Below, one piece after another: positions 55,319 through 64,000 of a stretch of DNA of 64,000 nt (the stretch's first letter is position 1; every line of letters begins with the position of its first letter). Under the pieces are notes generated by a model, which saw only the letters and a list, made by a program, of their open reading frames with translations, had not been told where the DNA came from and made no database searches. The DNA lies in the NCBI GenBank assembly GCA_951406725.2, contig OX597815.1:158906001-158970000 (forward strand), given 5' to 3'. A program made the position numbers and the translations under genes. Source of the stretch: Octopus vulgaris (taxonomy: Eukaryota).

Positions 55319-56113
55319 TATATTGATCAATACGGTTCCCAGTATACAAACGAAGAGTAATCCGATGGAAGCCATAGAAGAAGATACTTGCTCAAGGTTC
55401 CACGCAGTGGGAGTCAACTCGAACCATGTGGTCGGAAAGCAAGCTTCTTCCCACACAGACAAGCCTCTCTATATATATATCCACCACAACCTCTTGACAA
55501 CAAGTGTTAGTTTGTTTACACTCCTGTAAGCTAACAGTTCGGCAAAAGAGACCGATAGAATAAGTACTAGGTATAAAAAATAAGCAATATTTTTCGACTA
55601 GACCCTTCAAGGCGGTGCCCCAGCATGGCCGTAGTGAAAAGCCTAAAACTAGTAAAGGATAAAAATAGATATAGATATCCAGTATATGCAAAGGAACCAG
55701 TATTAGATTGAAATATCTCCCTGTGTATCATATTAATTAAACATTAACCAGAAAGACAGTTATTAAAGCATACTGAGTTGAAGTCCGGTCGTGATCAATT
55801 GTACTTTCACCTTTACGGGATTATGGATAGCAAGAAACTATAGGGAAAGCTGGCCAAGAAAATATCTTCAGAGTTGAAGCCACTCTCTCATGCAAGTCTT
55901 TCGGCTATTAACTTCTTGATCTCTTCGGGAACCGGGCCGTATTCAGGTCATGACTCCTGGAAACCCCTCTGCTACTGCATTCTGCACTATTGTTCGCGTT
56001 GCAAACCTCCTGGATGCTTAAAGCGCTCCACATCCAAGGCACATATAAAATACAGTGGTTAGGGCACATGATCTAGTAATTAGGGTATTGCACTGACGAT
56101 CGGTGCGTTATCG

Positions 56114-56144
<31 letters not shown>

Positions 56145-56577
56145 GCGCGTGGGTTGTCTTTCTGTCTGTGTTTGCCCCCCCCCCCTCCCTCATTGCTTGA
56201 CAACTGATGTTGATGTGTTTACGTCCCCGTATGTAACCCAGCGGTTCGACAAAATACGCTGATAGAATAAGCACTAAGCTTACAAGGAATCAGTCCTGGA
56301 GATCGATTTGCTCGACTAAAATCCCTTTAAGGTAGTGCTCCAGCATGGCTGCAGTCAATTGACTGAAAAAAGAATAAATCATCTGTGCAGGTTGTTGAGC
56401 AAGAAATTGCAGAACCATCTTTCTCGGACTCGAGAGACTACCACTATAAAGTACACTATAAAGTACAGCACCATAAAATACAGCAGTAGCCACATACTAG
56501 TGTTGGTTCCATCGACTACGTTCCTCCCCTAAAATGTGCCTTTGTTACAATGTTTGAAATCAATATTATAACTTTCA

Positions 56578-57245
56578 GTACGGCGGCAAACAGAATCGTT
56601 TGCACGCCGGGCAAAATGCTTAACTACATATCGTCCGCCTGAACGTTCTGAGTTCAAAATCCGCCGAAGTCGACTTTGCCTTTCATGGTCTAGAGGTCGA
56701 TAAAATAGCTACCAGTTGGAAACTGGGGCCGATGAAATCGACTTAGCCCCTTCCTTCGACCTGTTAGCCTTGTGCCAAAATCTGAAACCTATAATACAAT
56801 GTTCAGTAAGGCGACGAGCTAGCAGAATCGTTTAAGACGCCGGGCGAAATGCTTAGCGGAATTTCGTCTGCCGTTACGTTCTGAGTTCAAATTCCGCCGA
56901 GGTCGACTTTGCCGTTCATCTTTTCGGGGTCGATAAATTAAGTACCAGTTACGCACTGGGGCCGATGTAATCGATTTAATCCCTTTGTCTGTCCTTATTT
57001 GTCCCCTCTATGTTTAGCCCCTTGTGGGCAATAAAGAAATAAAAATCGTTAATACGCCGGGCAACATGCTTAACAGCATATCGTCCGTCTGTACATTCTG
57101 GGTTCAAATTCCAGCGAGGTCGACTTTGCCTCTCACCCATTCAGGATCGATAAAATAATTACCAATTTGAACACTGAAATCCATGTAATCGACTTACCCG
57201 CCCCTCTGAAATTCCTGGCCTTGTGCCAGAGATAGAGACCAATAT
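56578..57245 (+). mobile_element. Three tandem or nested MetaSINE-like copies
   Basis: Copies at about 56578-56790, 56807-57042 and 57043-57245. Confidence 0.88.
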
Positions 57246-57731
57246 TATAACATTCAGCTTTTCATTGTAATTTCATCTACAATAGAAATGTTCGCTTTTA
57301 TTAAACTGCAAATATCACAATATTTTTTGACATTGTTACAATAATCTTCTATATTAAAATTACCCGTACCGCTTTTATTCTTGTCTTGTTTTACTTTTAC
57401 TGGTTTTAGTCATTAGACTACAACCATGCTGTGGCTAACATGTATATTATGAAAATTCAAATCCTGTATAAGACTCCAATACAATTTAGTGATATGGCCG
57501 GCTACTGGGTGGCAGAAGTGAACCTAATGAAACGACCCCCTACTCGTATTCCAAATTGATTGTGCTTGCTTCGTTTCCTCCCTGTGTGACAATAACAGGA
57601 CTGCAGTGTTTGGGGGGAAAGTGACATAGACAACTTCCGACAGCCCGAGTATTGAAACGAGAGAGAGAGAGGGGGAGGGAGAGAGAGAACTAGACAGTCA
57701 AAGAGTGAGTGAGAGAGAGAGAGAGAGGAAG

Positions 57732-57779
<48 letters not shown>

Positions 57780-58314
57780 ATAAGCAAGCACACGTGTATG
57801 CAATTTCCCTTATCAACGTTTATATCCGACATGTGATGGAAACTGAATGCTTGAATGAGCCAAAGATTAAATGAGTCTTAGCCGAACATGACAATCAACA
57901 CGTCACACACAATCCAAGGAAGCATACATCGCAAGGAAGTGGGTTCAATTAGCTTAAAGCCCAATCGATGTGAAAGAAACTCACTTCCCACACTTGTTTG
58001 CTAATCCGTTCCGAATCACGAAACTGTAAAAAAATCCGAAGCTTATCTCCCTCCGGTTTGCCGTAGCATTGAACGGATGCTGGATAAATCTCTCCCCTAA
58101 ATAATGCGCTAGTCTATCACGAATTGAAGGCGTTGAATTGGAAGAATCGTTGACACGTCAGATAGAATGCTTTTCGGTATTTCTTTCACTGCTCTGTATG
58201 CTGAGTTTAAATCCAGCCGATGTCAACTTTGTCTTTCGAGTATTTTTCAAGGACAGTGGAGTATTGAGGGCGATTTTTCGTGCTCGCTCGCTTTACACAC
58301 ACACACGCACTCGG

Positions 58315-58376
<62 letters not shown>

Positions 58377-58410
58377 GAGCGTTGTAGGTCGCTTGAAGCA
58401 CTGTAATATC

Positions 58411-58665
58411 GAAGAAGGTAAAAAGAGAGAGAAAATAGAAAGCTTCTGACAATGCAGAAAGTTTAACAAGCTTATATTGCAGGCACAAAGGCCTATCCTC
58501 TAATAATGCTAGGGAATTTGAATGGGTTAACGGAAGCTACATAACTGAACTTTTCTCAGACTGTTCTTTTCTTCTGAAGATGGGCCTTTGCGCCTGAAAT
58601 ATAAAGGTTTTGTTAAACTTAGGGCATTGTCAGAAGCTTTTTATTTTCTGTCTTTTACCTTCTTC
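58411..58665. mobile_element. Foldback element with hammerhead motif in the right arm (58570-58607, plus strand)
   Basis: Arms gaagaaggtaaaa...aggcacaaaggcctatc / gatgggcctttgcgcct...ttttaccttcttc; ctt-CTGAAGA-t-gggc(ctttgc)gcct-GAAA-ta-TA-aag; left-arm copy degenerate. Confidence 0.75.
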
Positions 58666-58707
58666 AGTATATATATATATGTATGTATGTATATATATAT
58701 ATGTATG

Positions 58708-58763
<56 letters not shown>

Positions 58764-58810
58764 TGAGAGACCAAAGTGTACGTATGCCGCTATATTTTAT
58801 ATATTAAAAA

Positions 58811-59069
58811 ATACAAGAATGGGACAAGAACTCAAAATATCCATACAGACGATGCAAAGAAAACAAGGACGGATCATTCGGAGTTTTCTATCCTCAGTCG
58901 AGTTCCAACCAGCCGAAATTGCAAAGATAATCTGAAACTCGACTGAGGATAGAAAACTCCGAATGATCCATCCTAGTATTCCTTGTATCGTTTGTTTGGA
59001 TATTTTGTTGTCCCTTTTTTTTTTTGCTTCACCTAACTATCTGGATGTTTTGCGTTCTCGTCCCATTTT

Positions 59070-59074
<5 letters not shown>
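58811..59074. mobile_element. Foldback element between (TA)n tracts with a perfect 34-bp inner stem
   Basis: 58871-58904 is the reverse complement of 58936-58969; loop contains gcc-GAAA-tt(gcaaagat)aa-TC (HHR 3' half); same terminus atacaaaaatgggacaaga at about 18754. Confidence 0.85.
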
Positions 59075-59115
<41 letters not shown>

Positions 59116-59219
59116 AATAACCAGAAAATGGAGAAAACATTTGATCAACAAACAGACAAATTGACCAACATCGGTTATTTATGTTTTAATGCAAAACATA
59201 ACATAACATTACATAACAT

Positions 59220-59335
59220 CCTTTACGGCCGTTTCGGCTGCCCATGTCAGTCAGTGCTTACAAAGAAACTCCCGAAAATAATATTCGCCATCTTTATAGC
59301 ACATTCGATCTAGTACATGGAGCTTCATCAAAGTG
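59220..59335 (-). ncRNA. Hammerhead relic with long stem II insert
   Basis: ctt-TGATGA (C3 lost or mutated)-a-gct-ccatgt...acatgg-gc-agc-c-GAAA-cggccg-TA-aag; palindromic CGGCCG. Confidence 0.55.
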
Positions 59336-60143
59336 AAAACAAATACATAAAACAAAATAAAATAAACGAGGCGAAGAGGGAAGAGGAAAGAACAGGGCCT
59401 CGAGACGAGGCCAGAAGGCTCAATATATTAGAATCGTACCACTTTGCAGTGTGAAGCTTGAAGTCAATGGGCAAAAAAGTGAACTAGCAAATGAGAAATA
59501 ATTTATGGGTTATCTCTTTATGTAGGGGTACCAGGGTGTATAAATATTAGCAGAATAAAACTAGTGCTAAAGTAAAGCAGGAATCGCCAATGTCTAGAAA
59601 AAGAATAGTACTTATGATTTCGTAACTAGAGCTATTTAATATTTATCCAAAACAAAACCCATATAGTTTTTATAATGGTGTACTTACTGAAATATTCTAG
59701 AGACCAACAACCTGTTGTCCGTAATGGAAATGACCAAAATTCAACCATTTCTGCGATTGGTTAGTTATATTTAAACCAAGGGCAAGTTAAGACCGTAACA
59801 GGGGTAGACATAAATAAAGATGAGCCAGTAAATAAAAGGTGTGGGGGAGAAGACTATGTCATAAGTGGCACGAGGTCGCTTATGCCCTTCTACACCATCT
59901 CAACATAAAATAAAAGTAAATAATTTTCTGCTTATTTAAACTTGATTCCTGATAAATTTTCTGCTTATTTAAATTTGATGCATGATAAACTTTTGTTTGT
60001 TCTGTTATTACCTGTACCCTATGAGCACAGAGTGCTTGCATACCCATGCCCAGGGAAAACATAGGTAATCTATACCAGTAATAAGAATGGATATTCTTAT
60101 CCCGTAGACGGTTATTCCAACCGCTAACTCTGCTTACCTTTAT

Positions 60144-60189
<46 letters not shown>

Positions 60190-60389
60190 CTCTCTCAGAA
60201 TCCACACGTTACAGATGGGTTTTCTTCTTTTGTGACAAGGATTAAATTAGGTGCCACTAATCATTTATAAATCGACTGATTATTCATCATTTCCACAGTA
60301 CTGCCACTGTTTTCTGTTGTGTTGGTATAAGAAATGATGCGTGAGACAAGCTTGAGTCAAGGTGGTACCTAACTTGCCAACTCCGAAAG

Positions 60390-60760
60390 AGTTAGTAAGA
60401 AGACGTTGTAGCATCAGTCCTATAAAAAATATAGAGAAGGAACTGTCCGTCTGAAGGCGACTGGTTGTAAAGTTACTAGTGGGCGAGTTTTATTAGTTAA
60501 GGAGGAACTGTGGAGTGGATACAGCCAGTAACGTTGTATAAGTAGCAGAAATATCATGAGATATGTGAGAAGGGTTTCTGCGAAAAGTTTTGCAAGGAGG
60601 ACCAAAACTGTTTTGGAGTCCCATCGGAGGCGGAAGTGAAGAGCCTTTCAAAATTAAAGTGGGCTTTGAGGATTTTTTTTCTCGAGGCAGGACCCACGAA
60701 CCTGATGTAAGTCGCACTTGAGTTTTGTAGGTAACTAACAACTGATAAAAACTGAATTAT
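60390..60760 (+). pseudogene. Decayed REL-type (R4/NeSL-like) LINE fragment
   Basis: Eroded patches VAEI..EICEKG...PKTVLES...KIKVGF resembling RH..VA..IHW.IC...P.TVLE...KILWDF. Confidence 0.35.
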
Positions 60761-60814
60761 TTTCACGCTCTAAACAAAAATACTTCCATTTACGATAGAG
60801 TTATGTTATATATG

Positions 60815-61070
60815 TGGAGGCGCGTGGTTTTGTGGTTAAGGTGTTTGAATCATGATCCTAAGATTGCGGTTTCGATTCTTGACCGGACGATGTGTTGTAT
60901 TCTTGATCGAAACACTTCATTTCACGTTGCTCCATTTCGCTCAGCTGGTAAAAATGAGTAACCCTGCCTCGGACCGGCGTCCCGTCCAGGTGGTGAATTC
61001 ATATGCCAGAAAACCGGGAAACCGATCCTTATGAGCTAGCATGACTCGAGAAGGTAACTTTACCTTTTTA
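60815..61070 (+). mobile_element. Full-length V/CORE-like tRNA SINE
   Basis: tRNA-like head; TSD atgttatatatgt. Confidence 0.88.
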
Positions 61071-61829
61071 ATGTTATATATGTAAGGTCACCACAAAAGG
61101 TTATCAAAAATATGAGCTCTATCGTTAGTGCTTTTATACATTACGAGCCCATATGAGAAATTCCCTCAATGCAAATAATACAGAATTCTATAGTCTAACA
61201 CAACCTCCACGTTAAGCTAGAGATCAAGATGACCTTTTCGTATTAATACTGCTTTTGTCACTATTTGTTATTTTTACCATTTTATACATTTTCCAAAGAA
61301 GTTTCAAATGTTTATTGAAAATTCCCTAATCATTTCACGCTTTCTATAGGAACATTTAATCTCTCTGCTTAACATGACTGAGATCTGTATAGGTTTTGAG
61401 ACATTTCATAAATATAAATTAGTCATTTGTTCATGTATTGATGATGTGATAAGGTGAGAAGATTTAGGAGTTTGTGCGAGGTGTTTCTACATTTTCGTGT
61501 AGAAATTTACTCAAAGAATTTAGAGCATTACCCAATCTGAAGACAGTCCAGATTTAACATATTAAATTACTCTGTGTAACAAATTTTTTTTCATTTTATT
61601 TCATTTTTTTTTGTCTTTAATCAGTAAGTGTTATTTCCTAAGTGGACATCAATGTTGGATCTAGTTAAACTGATTCACAAAATCAGTCCCCTTTAATTTA
61701 GCTCAGATTGCTTTCAATTTTGGTGTATCGATGCAACTCTGAATTTTAATTACGATCAACCAATTACTTTATCTCGTAAATTAAAGAATCTGATGTTATT
61801 TGAAATCCAAGTTGGAAAGTTGGGTAATT

Positions 61830-61880
61830 TTAGCCAATCAACAGACAGCGAGGCATTAACAGCTTGTTACCATGACAACT
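61830..61880. promoter_or_regulatory. CCAAT box plus RFX X-box-like palindrome
   Basis: ttagCCAATca (61834-61838) and GTTACCATGACAAC (61866-61879; consensus GTTRCCATGGYAAC) in non-repetitive-looking sequence. Confidence 0.4.
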
Positions 61881-62746
61881 GCACGTTGTGTTAATTCTTC
61901 ACACCATGAGATTTACTTCACCCGGGTGTTTTGTTTTAATAAAAAATTATATTTATCAATTAAAATTTTATTATAGATATTTTTCGTCAATTGTCTTAAT
62001 ATTTTACATATTTTTCACATATAGCAAAAGATTTTTGCGATGTTTATAGAGTTTCTTGGCATTATGAAGGTGTATGGAATATGTGAACTTAGTACACAAC
62101 TGCACACCTACACTTCAAGCACAGTTCTGACAAAGCATCAATGACCCGTCGACTCAGTATTGCCAAGCTTCAGGAACTCATTGACTCAGATAGATGGATT
62201 TATGATTTCACTAGGTTAATTCTATCCATAAACATTAAACTTAGGAGTATCTCTTAAACCGTTAGCTTCACATTTTAACAGCTTCACTGAAATTTAGACC
62301 TCTGAGAGGGATATCGTGGAACAGAGAAACTGTGGTTGATACAGATAATTTGACATTATTTTTTAAATTCTGCATGCAAAAACATATAAAATACATGTAT
62401 TCTTTTTCTTAAGACTAATTCTTCGTTGACCAGAGTTACTCTTATCATAGTGTACAGATCCAAGCACGAAAACGTTACTCAACTTTGGAGTTTTGGAGAC
62501 AGACGCCCCTTTTTCACACACGCGCGCGCGCACACTCACACGCACACATACACACATATGAATGCATGAATGTGCATATAAACTTACATATGAATACATA
62601 CATCCACATACACTTATATATTCATGATGAACACAAAAACAGGACAGGTGTACATAATACTAAAATACGCATAAAGTAAACACATGCAGACAAATATATT
62701 AAGATAATAAATTTTTAAAGAATAGCAAAAGCATACAAAACACTAT

Positions 62747-63113
62747 GGGATGGAAGCACTCCGTCGGTTACGACGACGAGGGTTCCGGTTAATCCGAATC
62801 AACGGAACAGCCTGCTCGTGAAATTAACGTGTAAGTGGCTGAGCACTCCACAGACACGTGTACCCTTAACGTAGTTCTCGGGGATAGTCAGCGTGACACA
62901 GAGAGTGACAAGGCTGGCCCTTTGAAATACAGGTACAACAGAAACAGGAAGTAAGAGTGAGAGAAAGTTGTGGTGAAAGAGTACAGCAGGGATCACCACC
63001 ATCCCCTGCCGGAGCCTCGTGGAGCTTTAGGTGTTTTCGCTCAATAAACACTCACAACGCCCGGTCTGGGAATCGCAACCGCGATCCTAACCACTGGGTC
63101 ATTGCGCCTCCAC
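62747..63113 (-). mobile_element. V/CORE-like tRNA SINE, internally deleted
   Basis: Head ggaggcgcaatgacccagtggttagg; TSD acaaaacactat at 62735 and 63115. Confidence 0.85.
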
Positions 63114-63854
63114 GACAAAACACTATAGAAATCAATGAAGAGACAACAGAAACATTAAGATGATACATGTTGATTTTATTAGGTATTTGTGTTTATTTAG
63201 AAACCTACACAGAACAGGTCATTTCACAGACGATAAACTATAAATTTCACAGGATACAGCCTTAAAGTTGACACCGCTAAACGCAGAAAATTTCTGTCTC
63301 GCTATTGGCTAAAATTACCCAGTTTATTTGATTTTTAAACCTCTGTAATTTTTTCCTCCAATTCTTTTTTGTTCACAACATCATGTCTTCATAGCAATAA
63401 GAGTGGAAAGCTACATTAATATAGCCAATTTTCAGATTTTTAAAATTTTCTTTTAAAAAAATGCAGATTTTGTGAATCAGTTTAATTAGACCCTCAATGT
63501 TTTGATACTGATTTATTTTCCATTACATTTCGGACAAGTTCAGCTCTGAGTTGCTGAAGCAGAAATAGCATTATAGCAAATATTCTACTCAGTACCACAG
63601 ATTTGCTTGTCAGCTGCTTGACCCTAACTACTTGAGCATGTCCTTTAGTAGCTGACATTATGTGCGTCTCTGGTGATGAGCAGAAGTAGTGGGGGAGCAT
63701 TATAGCCAAGTGTTGAGAAGAGTTTTAATAAAAGTAACAATAGCAAAGTTTGAAGGAAATGTTAGCCATTTATCATACTTTCTAGGGGTAAGCAAATAAG
63801 ATATCACTGTGGCTACCGAAGAAGAAAAATCGTGTTACACAGTGTTGTTAAAAT

Positions 63855-64000
63855 GAAGGCGCATGGTTCAGTGGTTTGATTGTCGAGCTTACGATCGTGA
63901 GGCTGTGAGTTCGATTCCCGGACCGGGTTGTGTGTTGTGTTCTTGAGCAAGATACTTTATTTCACGTTGCTCCAGTTAACTCAGCTGTAGAAATGAGTTG
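63855..64000 (+). mobile_element. V/CORE-like tRNA SINE, runs off the window
   Basis: Near-identical to 32660-32805. Confidence 0.9.

Overview
AT-rich, repeat-dense animal genomic DNA. The SINE families and long (TA)n/(CA)n/(TATG)n tracts point to an octopod cephalopod, probably Octopus (inference). There is no intact long gene: most ORF-track entries are microsatellite or repeat translations. The window holds (i) the probable 5' part of a minus-strand spliced gene, with a promoter near 19.3-19.4 kb and three frame-compatible small exon candidates, whose body (1 to about 17.1 kb) is visibly CpG-depleted; (ii) dozens of tRNA-derived SINEs of about four families; (iii) MITEs and relics of Tc1/mariner, piggyBac, Ginger-like, Helitron, RTE, R4/Dong, Gypsy and Copia elements; and (iv) at least six sequence-unrelated head-to-head foldback elements carrying complete or partial minimal type I hammerhead-ribozyme (HHR) motifs that always read outward from the hairpin centre, probably derived from Penelope-like elements (PLEs). 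The best foldback (15354-15628) has in both arms a variant core GUGAACA instead of CUGANGA, a reciprocal swap of the C3-G8 tertiary pair. All calls were made by eye; no searches or folding programs were run.
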